Source: a virus
Lineage: Duplodnaviria; Heunggongvirae; Uroviricota; Caudoviricetes
DNA length: 64,000 bases
Virus record (IMG/VR): IMGVR_UViG_2721755711_000002
Strand: one strand, 5' to 3'
The notes beneath the pieces were generated by a model. The model worked only from the letters and a program-made list of their open reading frames with translations. It made no database searches and was not told where the DNA came from. This document shows positions 1-9,831 of the stretch, one piece after another. Both the position numbers and the translations under genes were made by a program. The stretch's first letter is position 1. Each line of letters begins with the position of its first letter.

Positions 1-47
1 AACGGGTCGTGATGCGGCCCGTTTGTGTTTTTAAAGGAAAGTCAATT

Positions 48-1076
48 ATGGGGTTATTTACCACGCGTCAGTTGCTCGGCTACACCGAGCAGAAAGTGAA
101 ATTCCGTGCGCTGTTTCTGGAGCTGTTTTTTCGTCGTACGGTCACTTTCCATACTCAGGAAGTGATGCTGGATAAAATCACCGGAAAAACACCGGTTGCG
201 GCATATGTGTCTCCGGTTGTGTCAGGTAAGGTACTGCGCAGTCGTGGTGGTGAAACCCGCGTGTTACGCCCCGGCTATGTTAAACCAAAACACCGGCTGG
301 ATTATCAGCAGGCGGTGGAGCGTCTTCCGGGGGAAGATCCGGCCCGTCTTAATGACCCGGCCTACCGTCGCCTGCGTATTCTGACTGACAACCTGAAACA
401 GGAAGAGCAGGCGATTGTGCAGGTGGAAGAAATGCAGGCGGTCAGCGCTGTTCTGCAGGGTAAGTACACCATGAGCGGTGAACAGTTTGAGACGGTGGAA
501 GTGGATTTTGGACGTTCTGCCGCCAATAACATTACGCAGGCAGGGGGACGCGAATGGTCAAAACAGAATGCTGACACCTTTGATCCGACGCATGATCTGG
601 ATGCGTACTGCGATTTTGCTTCCGGTACCATCAATATTGCGATTATGGACGGTACTGTCTGGCGTATGCTGAACGGTTTTAAGCTGTTTCGTGAAAAACT
701 GGATACCCGCCGTGGCTCAAAATCTGAACTGGAAACCGCGCTGAAAGATCTGGGTTCCGTGGTTTCTTTTAAAGGTTATTACGGTGATCTGGCCATCATG
801 GTGGCGAAAACAACGTATGTTGATGAAAACGGGGATGAGCAGCGTTATCTGCCGGAAGGCACACTGATTCTTGGAAACACTCAGGTGGAGGGTGTCCGTT
901 GTTATGGCGCAATCCAGGATAACCAGGCGCTGAGTGAAGGGATCACCTCTGCAATTCGTTATCCGAAACACTGGTTAGAGGTGGGGGACCCGGGGTGCGA
1001 ATATACCATGACGCAGTCTGCGCCGTTGATGGTGTTGCCGGATCCGGACGCGTTTGTGGTGGTTCAGGTGAAATAA
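48..1076 (+). CDS. E: Major capsid protein, lambda gpE family
   Basis: Strong similarity to lambda E (PGYVKPKH, DPAYRR, QVEEMQAVSAVL-GKYTM, KEKLDTRRGS-SELETA, IQSAPLM); start at ATG 48 (M14 of ORF 9..1076) with RBS aaaggaaa. Confidence 0.85.
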   Translation: MGLFTTRQLLGYTEQKVKFRALFLELFFRRTVTFHTQEVMLDKITGKTPVAAYVSPVVSGKVLRSRGGETRVLRPGYVKPKHRLDYQQAVERLPGEDPARLNDPAYRRLRILTDNLKQEEQAIVQVEEMQAVSAVLQGKYTMSGEQFETVEVDFGRSAANNITQAGGREWSKQNADTFDPTHDLDAYCDFASGTINIAIMDGTVWRMLNGFKLFREKLDTRRGSKSELETALKDLGSVVSFKGYYGDLAIMVAKTTYVDENGDEQRYLPEGTLILGNTQVEGVRCYGAIQDNQALSEGITSAIRYPKHWLEVGDPGCEYTMTQSAPLMVLPDPDAFVVVQVK

Positions 1077-1081
1077 GGTCA

Positions 1082-1103
1082 GGCGGGATATTCCCGCCTT
1101 TTT
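1082..1103 (+). terminator. Intrinsic terminator-like hairpin after capsid gene
   Basis: 7-bp GC stem ggcggga/tcccgcc, 3-nt loop, then TTTTT. Confidence 0.5.
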
Positions 1104-1126
1104 CTTTATCGCACAGGAGAGATGTG

Positions 1127-1513
1127 ATGACAAAAGAAGAAATAACAGCGCGTCTTCAGGAGCTGGCGGCAGTACTCGGGCGCGATGCCGATATTTCAGG
1201 CTCTAAAGCTGATCTTGAACAGCGCCTGGCGGAATGGGAAGAGGAGGCCGCCGGATTCGATGGGGAAGGGACAGAACAGGATGATGTGCATGATGAACAG
1301 CGTGATGCATCCGGAGGGGATGCCAGTAATGAGATGTATTCTGAGCGGGGACTCGTTCGGGTGCGCATGCTGAAAACGGCACATATGCCGTCCCGTGATG
1401 CGGTGACGGGCAAAATGTTGATGTTCGCCCTGGCCTCCAGTGTTGTGCTGGTTAATGAAGCCACAGTTCCTGCGTTGCTGGCGGACGGTCTGGCAGAAAA
1501 AATCCGGGAGTGA
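1127..1513 (+). CDS. DNA-packaging/head completion protein, lambda FI-like
   Basis: N-terminus MTKEEITARL...DLEQRLAE resembles lambda FI; RBS aggaga 1115-1120; position after E. Confidence 0.6.
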   Translation: MTKEEITARLQELAAVLGRDADISGSKADLEQRLAEWEEEAAGFDGEGTEQDDVHDEQRDASGGDASNEMYSERGLVRVRMLKTAHMPSRDAVTGKMLMFALASSVVLVNEATVPALLADGLAEKIRE

Positions 1514-1917
1514 TGATGTCCGATAATCTGTTCGATCAGGCCATGAGTGATGCGGATGACATCATCCTGGATACGATGGGGACGGAAATCAGCATATATC
1601 CGGGCGGCACGGAAAGAAAAATCCGTGCTGTTTTTGATGCCCCGGCAGATAACACCGGGATGAACACTGGCAGCGGCGAAATTCGTGATACTGCACCGGT
1701 GTTATTTACCCGGAGCGCATGGGTTGCCGGACTGAAAAAATATGACAGGGTCATGATCCACGGCGAACCCTACCAGGTGGTCGATCCTGGCTGGGATGAG
1801 TCAGGCACTGCGGGTCATGGTGTGATTACCATTACTCTTGCGCGGGGAGAACCCGGAAGAAGTACACCCGCCGCCCCTGTCCGACCGAGTAAACGTTATG
1901 ACAGTCAGAGAGCATGA
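1513..1917 (+). CDS. Head-tail joining protein, lambda FII-like
   Basis: DNLFD...MGT...IR-VFD...LF-R pattern as in lambda FII; start overlaps FI stop (ATG at 1513 or 1516). Confidence 0.6.
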   Translation: MMSDNLFDQAMSDADDIILDTMGTEISIYPGGTERKIRAVFDAPADNTGMNTGSGEIRDTAPVLFTRSAWVAGLKKYDRVMIHGEPYQVVDPGWDESGTAGHGVITITLARGEPGRSTPAAPVRPSKRYDSQRA

Positions 1918-2620
1918 ACGAAGCACTGTCCGGCAGCGACGGCTGGCACGAAACCTCGTCGTCGATATTGACGAGGATGATGTGCTGAAAATTATCGCTA
2001 AACTGGGTGGTTCAAAAAGCCAGATCCGTAAAGCCTGGGGCGTGGCGCTGAAAAGAGCCGCGTCCGCACTGCGGATGAAGGCCATGGCAGAGTTTAAAAA
2101 ACAGGTTGCGCCACGCAGCCAGAAAATGATCAAAAAACGTGTCCTGAATGCTTTTATCATTCGTCGAAATGGCGATGAGTTTGATGAGGTAAAGGTGTGG
2201 TTCGGCCTGAACGCCATCAAAGTGCGTGATCTGCGCGGACGCATCAGTGGGGGGCGACGCGGTGAACGCCATCAGCTGCGTGATGAACGGGGGCGTTTTG
2301 CACCGGCTTCCCGTCGCAGGAAAGCGCCGGAGATACGTTTTAAGCCCGCCGGGGAGGCAATACCGGTCACCACCTGGTCAGGTGACGAGGCTTTTGTTAA
2401 TGAGTTTGAGTCTGAAAACCGGCGCGGACGCATTTCACGACGTAAGACGGTACTGGTCCGGCAGGCATCCGGACGACGAAGGGTGCGCGAAGCGGAAATT
2501 GATATTTATGAAGCCATGCTGAACCGTATAGAGGATTTTGTTTTCCCTGATGCGGAAGCACTGATCCTGAAAAATTTTGAGCATGAACTGAAATTCCGGG
2601 TATTTAAGGGGATGGAATGA
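1898..2620 (+). CDS. Putative tail completion / head-tail adaptor protein (lambda Z or P2 R position)
   Basis: Position between FII-like and baseplate genes; basic protein; internal start at M21 of ORF 1838..2620. Confidence 0.35.
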   Translation: MTVREHERSTVRQRRLARNLVVDIDEDDVLKIIAKLGGSKSQIRKAWGVALKRAASALRMKAMAEFKKQVAPRSQKMIKKRVLNAFIIRRNGDEFDEVKVWFGLNAIKVRDLRGRISGGRRGERHQLRDERGRFAPASRRRKAPEIRFKPAGEAIPVTTWSGDEAFVNEFESENRRGRISRRKTVLVRQASGRRRVREAEIDIYEAMLNRIEDFVFPDAEALILKNFEHELKFRVFKGME

Positions 2621-3183
2621 TGGAACCATTGATGATGGGAACCTGGCATCAGGCAGTGATTGACAGTCTGAAACAAATTCCCTGGGTGGAAGATGCCGAT
2701 GAGTACCCGGAAAAAGTGACGCAACTGGTGACGCCTGCCGTGTTTGTGGATGTACCCGGCTGGGACAAGGCTCAGTTTGCCGACGGGCAGACACGGGTCA
2801 CGCTGAAATGCGATCTGTTTGTGGTGACTGATCGGGCCGGAAAGACGGAAAACGTGCCAAAACCGCAGATATTTGCCCGCTGTCTGGCAATGGATTTATC
2901 TGACTGGATTGATGGAGCCACGTTCGGGCTGGATAACGTTGATCCGGCGGTTTTTATTGATGCTGAGGTGGATACCTTCGACCGACTGCTGGACGACTAC
3001 ATCGTTTTCCGTGTCTCTTTTGAACAGGACATTCCGGTCGGCGAAGATCCGTTTGCGGCTCCGGCAGGTGTGCCGTTACAGGAAGTCTGGCTGGGTAAAG
3101 TACCGGAAACCGGTAAAAAGCATGTGCAGGATTATCGTCTTATCTGGAAAGCGGAGGGCACCGGCGATGAGTCTGGCGGATGA
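2617..3183 (+). CDS. Putative tail completion protein (lambda U or P2 S position)
   Basis: ATGA overlap with upstream gene; position immediately before gpV-like gene. Confidence 0.35.
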   Translation: MMEPLMMGTWHQAVIDSLKQIPWVEDADEYPEKVTQLVTPAVFVDVPGWDKAQFADGQTRVTLKCDLFVVTDRAGKTENVPKPQIFARCLAMDLSDWIDGATFGLDNVDPAVFIDAEVDTFDRLLDDYIVFRVSFEQDIPVGEDPFAAPAGVPLQEVWLGKVPETGKKHVQDYRLIWKAEGTGDESGG

Positions 3184-3790
3184 AGTGGCAGAGTTACGCC
3201 GCAGGGTGGCGGACATGATCCGTCGCGGCGTGGTGGAAGAGGTGATCCCGGGTAACCCGGTGATGGTTCGGGTGGATATCGGAGATGTGCTTTCGCCGCC
3301 GTTGCCCTGGATTCAGATGCAGTCCGGGCGTTACATGCAGGTCAGTAATTACCCGGCACCAGGAGATGCGGTCACGGTGATATCGGAGGCGGGCGATCTG
3401 CGTAACGGTCGTGTGTATCCAGGGGCGAATATTGACGCCATTCCTGTACCGGCGGGCAGTGAACACGAGCATGTTATTTTGTTTGATACCGGAACGGAAA
3501 TCCGTTACGACCGTAAAGCCAATGCCCTGTCCATCACGCTGGCTGAAGGCGGCAGCTATAAAATCACCGGCAGGGGAACGCTGGACGGTCCGGTGGAAAT
3601 CACGGATACCCTGACTGTGCAGGGAGAAACGAAGATTAATGCCGATACGCAGGTTCTGGGCAATATCGGTGCCTCACAGGAGATCACCGATAAAACCGGC
3701 AGCATGAGTAAAATTCGCGAAATTTATAATACTCATGATCACCCTGGCGACAGCGGGGGAACCACCCGTAAACCTAACCAGGAAATGTGA
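3167..3790 (+). CDS. Baseplate spike/assembly protein, P2 gpV-like
   Basis: C-terminal HDHPGDSGGTTRKP motif typical of P2 gpV; start at M99 of ORF 2873..3790. Confidence 0.8.
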   Translation: MSLADEVAELRRRVADMIRRGVVEEVIPGNPVMVRVDIGDVLSPPLPWIQMQSGRYMQVSNYPAPGDAVTVISEAGDLRNGRVYPGANIDAIPVPAGSEHEHVILFDTGTEIRYDRKANALSITLAEGGSYKITGRGTLDGPVEITDTLTVQGETKINADTQVLGNIGASQEITDKTGSMSKIREIYNTHDHPGDSGGTTRKPNQEM

Positions 3791-3812
3791 ACGCCGCACC
3801 GGCGTTTTTTTT
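3791..3812 (+). terminator. Intrinsic terminator-like hairpin between V-like and W-like genes (possible attenuator)
   Basis: acgccg-cac-cggcgt stem-loop followed by 8 T. Confidence 0.5.
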
Positions 3813-3824
3813 CGGAAAAATTTC

Positions 3825-4181
3825 ATGATTGGTATTGATTCCGCCACCGGCAGATATCTGCACGGTAACGAACATCTGCGTCAGTCCGTCACCGATATTT
3901 TGTCAACACCAGTCGGCAGCCGGGTACTTCTCAGGGAATACGGCAGCAGGCTGTTCAGTCTGCTTGATAACCCGCAGGATGATTTCACACGGGTGAGGAT
4001 TGTCCGTGAGACGGTTACCGCTCTTGAACGCTGGGAACCGAGACTGACGATCCGCCGTGTGGAGGTGAGCTTCGGCGGTGAGGGAAATGTCATGTTGACG
4101 CTTTTGGGCGTGAATAACGAAACACAGGAAACAATTCGTCTGGAGGAAATCAGAATTGACAACGTCTCAGGCCATTATTGA
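3825..4181 (+). CDS. Baseplate wedge protein, P2 gpW / gp25-like
   Basis: ILSTPVGSRVLLREYGS...WEPRL matches P2 W pattern; start at M31 of ORF 3735..4181. Confidence 0.75.
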   Translation: MIGIDSATGRYLHGNEHLRQSVTDILSTPVGSRVLLREYGSRLFSLLDNPQDDFTRVRIVRETVTALERWEPRLTIRRVEVSFGGEGNVMLTLLGVNNETQETIRLEEIRIDNVSGHY

Positions 4182-5070
4182 TTTGTCCGCGATACCTGTA
4201 CCGGATGCGGTGGAGGTGCCGGACACCGCTGTGCTGGTCACTCAGATAGTGGCGAAATATCAGGAACTGGACACGTTGTTTTCGGCCCTGGTGGAATCAG
4301 ATCCGGCGTATAAATGGGCGGAGGCGCTTGCTTTTCGGGTGGCGCTGATGCGCCAGCAGGTCAATGATGCAGTCCGGGCTGTACTGCTTGCCAGTGCCCG
4401 CAGGAACGATCTGGATCAGATTGGTGCGAATTTTCAGGTGCAACGTCTGGTGATTACTCCGGCAGATGACAGCACTATCCCGCCCACACCGGCGGTGTAT
4501 GAAGGGGATGATGCCTTTCGTGAGCGTATTCAGTTGTCGTGGGCGCGACTCAGTACAGCCGGTGCGAAAAATGCTTACCATTATTTTGCACAGAGTGCTG
4601 ATCCTGATGTGCTGGATGTGAAAGCCTACGGGCCGGAAACGCATTCACAGGAAGGGCGTGTTTTTCTTTATGTGTTATCGCGAACCGGAAACGGTACGGC
4701 ATCGCAACCCCTGCTGGATAAGGTGGCAGCGTCAGTCAATGATGATGAAATTCGACCTCTGACGGATTTTGTCAGTGTCCGTGCGGCAGAAATTATTCCC
4801 TACGATGTGGTTGCAGATATTCATATTCCCTACGGGCTGGATGGTGAACTGGTGATGAAAAATGCCCGTCAGGCGCTGCAGACATACACTGACAGTGTTC
4901 ACCGGATTGGTTCTGTGGCGTCCTGCTCCGGTATGGACGGAGCCCTGCATCAGACGGGGGTGATTACGGTGGCACTGAAATCGCCGGCCAGTGATATTGT
5001 TCCGGCGATGGGACAGGCTCCATGGTGTCGCTCAGTCACACTGAACAAGGTGGAGGCAACCGATGAATGA
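4156..5070 (+). CDS. Baseplate assembly protein, P2 gpJ-like
   Basis: IIDL...P-P-VVE, GANF...L-ITPADDSTIPPTPAV as in P2 J; apparent TTG start at 4156 with RBS ggagg. Confidence 0.8.
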   Translation: MTTSQAIIDLSAIPVPDAVEVPDTAVLVTQIVAKYQELDTLFSALVESDPAYKWAEALAFRVALMRQQVNDAVRAVLLASARRNDLDQIGANFQVQRLVITPADDSTIPPTPAVYEGDDAFRERIQLSWARLSTAGAKNAYHYFAQSADPDVLDVKAYGPETHSQEGRVFLYVLSRTGNGTASQPLLDKVAASVNDDEIRPLTDFVSVRAAEIIPYDVVADIHIPYGLDGELVMKNARQALQTYTDSVHRIGSVASCSGMDGALHQTGVITVALKSPASDIVPAMGQAPWCRSVTLNKVEATDE

Positions 5071-5644
5071 CATCATCAGAAGCATACTTCCTGTCAGCGC
5101 CAGCCGGGCAGAGCGGGTGGTGGACAGTACCGCCGGTGATATGCTGGCGGAAATCGCGGTCTGTCTGATCCGCTATGTAAAAAATCCCGATTTATGTCCG
5201 ACGGAATTGCTGCCATGGCTGGCCTGGGAAATGTCGGTGGACACCTGGAATGAACACTGGACGGAGGCGGAAAAAAGAGCGGCGATAAAACGTGCCGCTT
5301 ATATCCATCGTCACCGGGGAACAAAAGCCGCCCTGAACGAATCACTGACAGACAGCCCGTTCCGGTCACAGATTGTGGAGTGGTATGAGCAGACGCCACC
5401 AGGTGAACCCTATACCTTCCGGTTGAATGTGGAGCAGAAGGATTTACCGGTACAGATGAATGACTATCAGGATCTGAAGCATGCGGTGCTCCGTGCCAAA
5501 AATCTGCGCAGCTGGTTCAGTGTTCATCTTTACGGAAACAGCAGGGGGCGTGTTTTTGGTTACGGTTATGTGATGGCAACAGAAAAAGTCAGTGGTATCA
5601 GTGCTGATGATACCCGGGGTATCCGGGATGAGTGGGTGGAGTGA
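5063..5644 (+). CDS. Baseplate/tail protein, P2 gpI-like
   Basis: LLPWLAWE-SVD-W...W-E...KR pattern as in P2 I; ATGA-type overlap with J. Confidence 0.75.
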   Translation: MNDIIRSILPVSASRAERVVDSTAGDMLAEIAVCLIRYVKNPDLCPTELLPWLAWEMSVDTWNEHWTEAEKRAAIKRAAYIHRHRGTKAALNESLTDSPFRSQIVEWYEQTPPGEPYTFRLNVEQKDLPVQMNDYQDLKHAVLRAKNLRSWFSVHLYGNSRGRVFGYGYVMATEKVSGISADDTRGIRDEWVE

Positions 5645-5653
5645 GTTGTGGGT

Positions 5654-6880
5654 ATGCATGGACTAGTTTTGACAACAGCCGGGGCAGCCGAAATTGAAGC
5701 TGCATATCATGCCGGTGAGGTGGTGACCATCAGTCAGGTGATGATTGGTGACGGGGGCGGGAAAACACTGCCCTCAACGCCGGATGAGATGGCGGCGATG
5801 GTCATGTTGTGTGGTGAGTTTGGTCGGGAGCCCTTTTCAGGCGGCGTGGTGGACGAAGGTTTTATCAGCGGGGATATTGTCATTGACTGTCAGTCATACC
5901 CGGGTAAGACCCTGCGCGAGCTGGGAATGGTGAGTCATCGTGGTACGCTGATTGCGTATGGTCGTTATCCGGATACGTATTTACCGGCACAGACGGATTC
6001 CGTTATCAAGGAGGTGATACTGACACTGGTTCTTGCGCTTACACATACACAGAGTGTAACGCTGAATGTTGATCCGCACAGGGCGATTATCACGCAGGAG
6101 GCCGGAGATAAACGATATCTGCGTATCAGTGAAAATCTTGCTGATGTGAAAGACAGGGATGAGGCTGTTGAAAACCTCGGATTAAAACCTACGGTGGACA
6201 AGGCAAAAAATGCCGTTCAGCGTGATGGCGACACCATGACAGGAAAGCTGACGCTGCCCCAGACCTCCGGATTTGGTGTTAACACTGACAATGCCCTGGG
6301 CGGTAACTCAATTGCTCTCGGAGATAACGATACCGGTATAAAGCAAAACGGCGACGGCATTCTGGATGTTTATGCGAATGGTCAGCATGTATTTCGTTTT
6401 CAGAATGGCGTGGCGATGGCGTTAAAAAATATTCAGGCCGGAAATGGCAGAATGTTTACGCTATCCAGTTCTGACAGTTCCACGAAGAACGTAGGGTTTA
6501 ATTTATGGGGCAATCCATCCAGACCTGTAGTTGCAGAACTTGGTGATGATTCCGGCTGGCATTTCTACAGTCAGAGAAATACAGACGGTAGCGTCACATT
6601 CGCTGTAAACGGACAGATGACCCCATCAAACTACGCAAATTTTGATGCCCGCTATCAGACAAAAACAGGTGGCGTGCAGAATTTTCAGTACACCAGTGAG
6701 GTGTTTTACAACCCGGGAGGGAACGAACTCAGCTGGACGTTCCGCGCACCGTCTGGTTGTACCCTGTCCGGTATTCTGGTTCAGGATACCGGCAGAAACT
6801 CTGCGGATAATATCGGTGGTGTGTATTACAAACAGGCCCAGATTTATATAAATGGCGCATGGCGCTCAGTATCAGGTTAA
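5654..6880 (+). CDS. Tail fibre protein, P2 gpH-like N-terminus with P1/Mu-type C-terminal domain
   Basis: N-terminus VLTTAGAAEIEAA...MIGDGGG like P2 H; C-terminal TDNALGGNSIALGDNDTGIKQNGDGILDVYANGQ domain; last ~66 aa unique. Confidence 0.8.
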   Translation: MHGLVLTTAGAAEIEAAYHAGEVVTISQVMIGDGGGKTLPSTPDEMAAMVMLCGEFGREPFSGGVVDEGFISGDIVIDCQSYPGKTLRELGMVSHRGTLIAYGRYPDTYLPAQTDSVIKEVILTLVLALTHTQSVTLNVDPHRAIITQEAGDKRYLRISENLADVKDRDEAVENLGLKPTVDKAKNAVQRDGDTMTGKLTLPQTSGFGVNTDNALGGNSIALGDNDTGIKQNGDGILDVYANGQHVFRFQNGVAMALKNIQAGNGRMFTLSSSDSSTKNVGFNLWGNPSRPVVAELGDDSGWHFYSQRNTDGSVTFAVNGQMTPSNYANFDARYQTKTGGVQNFQYTSEVFYNPGGNELSWTFRAPSGCTLSGILVQDTGRNSADNIGGVYYKQAQIYINGAWRSVSG

Positions 6881-6893
6881 TTAAGGAAAAATA

Positions 6894-7421
6894 ATGGAAC
6901 TCGTAAACGTTACGCGTTACTACCCTGAAGACATGCCTTATGGTGAAGGCATTCAGTATTTCCGTAGTGAAGACGGGCAGGATTTTTATGAATCACTGGA
7001 TAAATTCACGAAGAAATACAAGCTGTGCACGCATCCTGAAACCGGCGTTATTTATTCAATGGCGGAAGACGTATCCCGGCTTTATCCGGCAGGTTTTACC
7101 ATTGTGGAAGTGGATGAACTGCCGGAAGGTTTTGGCATTGAAGCCAGCTGGTATTACAAAGACGGAGAAGTGCTGCCGGTGCCTGTTGATTACTCGCGAC
7201 TGGCAGAAAAAAAACGCCAGAGCCTGCTGAATGAAGCAAAGGACATCACCTCCGACTGGAAAACCGAGCTGGAGCTGGGCACCATCAGCGATGATGACAA
7301 AGCCCGTCTTACGCAATGGATGGCATATATCAAAGCGGTAAAGGCGCTGGATTTAAGTCAGGTCAGTGATGAATCATCTTATAATGCCATTGAGTGGCCA
7401 GTACCTCCACAGAACATCTGA
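6894..7421 (+). CDS. Tail fibre assembly protein (Tfa / P2 gpG-like)
   Basis: 175 aa directly downstream of fibre gene; C-terminal ...SYNAIEWPVPP shared with the second tfa at 14669..15217. Confidence 0.75.
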   Translation: MELVNVTRYYPEDMPYGEGIQYFRSEDGQDFYESLDKFTKKYKLCTHPETGVIYSMAEDVSRLYPAGFTIVEVDELPEGFGIEASWYYKDGEVLPVPVDYSRLAEKKRQSLLNEAKDITSDWKTELELGTISDDDKARLTQWMAYIKAVKALDLSQVSDESSYNAIEWPVPPQNI

Positions 7422-7440
7422 AAAAGAAGTTAATCAACAG

Positions 7441-7465
7441 ACCGCCTTTAAGGGCGGTTTTTTTA
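7441..7465 (+). terminator. Intrinsic terminator between tfa and sheath gene
   Basis: accgcc/ggcggt stem followed by 7 T; sheath RBS immediately downstream. Confidence 0.55.
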
Positions 7466-7477
7466 TGGGAGAAATGT

Positions 7478-8953
7478 ATGTCCGGACTACATGGTGTGGA
7501 AACCATTGAACTGACGACAGGCACGGTGGCCGTGCAGACCGTCTCCACGGCAGTGATTGGCCTCGTGGGGACAGCGCCGGACGCCTCCGGCGGTGTGTGT
7601 GCTTCCGGTACTGCCGGATCATGGTTGTTGAGTTCCGCGCTGGATTTTACAGCGAAAAAAGCCGGGCGGTCCGGCAATGAGATTTCAGTTGTGGCCAACG
7701 GAAGCACGCAGCAAAACGCAGAGACAACCGCGGCTCTGGAGGGAAACACCCTGACAATCACACTGGGCACAGATGAACATGGTGAGACGAATGCCACAGC
7801 GTCACGTGTGAAGGAGGTTGTGAATGCGCTGGAGGATTCACCGGTGATGGCCGATACCAGCATGCTGAATGCAGATTCTGTCGGGGAAGGAGTGGTATCT
7901 CCCTTTACCCTGACGTTGTCCGGCGGTGAGGATGAGGCATTTCCGGTTAATACGCCGGTGGTGGTGGCGGGGGCACTCACGCAGGCCGGAAAGCTGGGGG
8001 CTTCCGGAACGCTGTATCCTGCCCTGCGCGATATTTTTGACCAGACCGGTGCGCTGGTGATTGTGGTACGCGCGGAAAGCAAACCGAAAGCGAAGGAGAC
8101 CGAACAGCGTGCTGCAGTGATTAAGGCCATGGAGGCGCTGACGTGGAGTAAAGGCGTAACGGGCTACCAGCCGCGTATTCTTGTCGCCACCGGCTACAGC
8201 GAGGATGATGGTGTGGCAAAGGCGCTGGAAACGTATGCCGCGAAACTGCGGGCTGTTGCCTATATTGACTCCCCATCAATGGCAACGCCGCAGGATGTGG
8301 TTCAGCGCCGGACGTTATTTGGTGGGCGTGTTGAACTGCTTCGTCCGCGTGTGTCGGTGACGGATGACAGCGGACAAACAGTGTTTCGCCCGTATTCGGC
8401 ACGCGCAGCCGGACTACGTGCCCGTATTGATTATGAAAAAGGATGGTGGTGGTCCAAATCAAATCAGGACGTGATGAATATCACCGGTCTTGAGCAGGCG
8501 GATACATTTATTCTCGGGGAGCAGAACTGCACGGCAAACCTGCTGAACATGGAAAACATCTCCACCATTATTCGTCATGACGGTTTTAAACACTGGGGTA
8601 ACCGCCTGTGTACATCTCACAGCCAGTTGCGCTTTGAGTCCGTGCGCCGTACAGCTGATGTGATTGAAGACAGTGTTCAGGAATCCATGTTGCCTTATGT
8701 TGACCGTCCGATTGATCGGGATGTAGCGGACGATATTCTCGGCAGTATTAATGCCTACATGCGCCAGCTTAAAAATCTGGGCGCGATCCACGGTGGTAGC
8801 GCATGGCTGAACGACGAACTGAATACAGCAGAAACCCTGGCTGCCGGGCAGTTGTATATCGACTATGACTTCGGGCCGAAGTCACCACTGGAACGCCTGA
8901 CGCTGCGGACAATGATCAACAATAAACTGGCACGGGAGGAACTGACAGTATGA
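7478..8953 (+). CDS. Tail sheath protein (P2 FI-like)
   Basis: 491 aa, position before tube gene; start at M29 of ORF 7394..8953 with RBS gggaga. Confidence 0.8.
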   Translation: MSGLHGVETIELTTGTVAVQTVSTAVIGLVGTAPDASGGVCASGTAGSWLLSSALDFTAKKAGRSGNEISVVANGSTQQNAETTAALEGNTLTITLGTDEHGETNATASRVKEVVNALEDSPVMADTSMLNADSVGEGVVSPFTLTLSGGEDEAFPVNTPVVVAGALTQAGKLGASGTLYPALRDIFDQTGALVIVVRAESKPKAKETEQRAAVIKAMEALTWSKGVTGYQPRILVATGYSEDDGVAKALETYAAKLRAVAYIDSPSMATPQDVVQRRTLFGGRVELLRPRVSVTDDSGQTVFRPYSARAAGLRARIDYEKGWWWSKSNQDVMNITGLEQADTFILGEQNCTANLLNMENISTIIRHDGFKHWGNRLCTSHSQLRFESVRRTADVIEDSVQESMLPYVDRPIDRDVADDILGSINAYMRQLKNLGAIHGGSAWLNDELNTAETLAAGQLYIDYDFGPKSPLERLTLRTMINNKLAREELTV

Positions 8954-9468
8954 TGTCATGCGAGAAAAAACTGCTACGGGCATGGGCGCTCTTTCTGCCG
9001 GGTGGTATTCGCCTTCAGGGGGCACATGAGTACACGCCTCCGGCCATCAATATCACGAAGGTGGATATCAAAACCGGTGCGATGGATGCGCCGGTGTCAG
9101 TGGATGACGGTATGGAGGCGCTGACCTGCTCGTTTAAAATTTACGGATACGACGTGGCCATACTGACTCTGCTGGGATTGCAGGCAGGGATTTATTCGCC
9201 AGAAATTGTTGTCCGTCAGGCGTATCAGGTGGGCGGTGCAACAAGCGGTCTGGTGGAAACCCTTCAGGGAATGATCACCAGTATCACGCCGGATGCGCGT
9301 CCGTCCACCTCGCAGGCAGAAGCAGCGGTGTCGGTGGAAATGTCACTGAGTTATTACCGCCAGGCTGTCGATGGACTGGAGACCATCTGCATTATTCCGG
9401 AGCAGTTTGTACGGCGCATTAACGGTGTGAATGTGCTGTCGGATCTGAAAAAAATTATCCGGGTGTGA
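8950..9468 (+). CDS. Tail tube protein (P2 FII-like)
   Basis: 172 aa; ATGA overlap with sheath stop; PVSVDDGMEAL pattern like P2 FII. Confidence 0.75.
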   Translation: MMSCEKKLLRAWALFLPGGIRLQGAHEYTPPAINITKVDIKTGAMDAPVSVDDGMEALTCSFKIYGYDVAILTLLGLQAGIYSPEIVVRQAYQVGGATSGLVETLQGMITSITPDARPSTSQAEAAVSVEMSLSYYRQAVDGLETICIIPEQFVRRINGVNVLSDLKKIIRV

Positions 9469-9487
9469 TCTGGAGAAGTGGTCATTC

Positions 9488-9514
9488 AGGCGGTTCAGGC
9501 CGCCTTTTCTTTTT
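9488..9514 (+). terminator. Intrinsic terminator-like hairpin between tube and chaperone genes
   Basis: aggcgg-ttcagg-ccgcct hairpin followed by TTTTCTTTTT. Confidence 0.5.
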
Positions 9515-9528
9515 AAGAGGAAATCAAT

Positions 9529-9831
9529 ATGCCAGAGATAAACAGTATTCCCTGCAGCAGCGTGGAGATTGTGTTATCCGTGCCGTATGTCACTGCGTCA
9601 GGTCAGACAATCTCGCATGTCACCATGCGTGCACCCACCGTCCGCGATCGTCTGTTACATCGCCGGAGTACCAAGCCGGAAGCAGAAGCCGATCTGGATA
9701 TGATAGCCGGCCTGTGCGGAATGGATGCGGCGGACATGATGAATATGGAAGCGTGTGATTACCTGTCCCTGGAGCGGCAGTTTAATGTTTTTTTGCTGCC
9801 GCCGGTCAGGCGGAAGAAGACAGCATCCTGA
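9529..9831 (+). CDS. Tail assembly chaperone (P2 gpE-like), zero-frame product
   Basis: 100 aa between tube and tape measure; contains slippery heptamer near 3' end. Confidence 0.65.
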   Translation: MPEINSIPCSSVEIVLSVPYVTASGQTISHVTMRAPTVRDRLLHRRSTKPEAEADLDMIAGLCGMDAADMMNMEACDYLSLERQFNVFLLPPVRRKKTAS

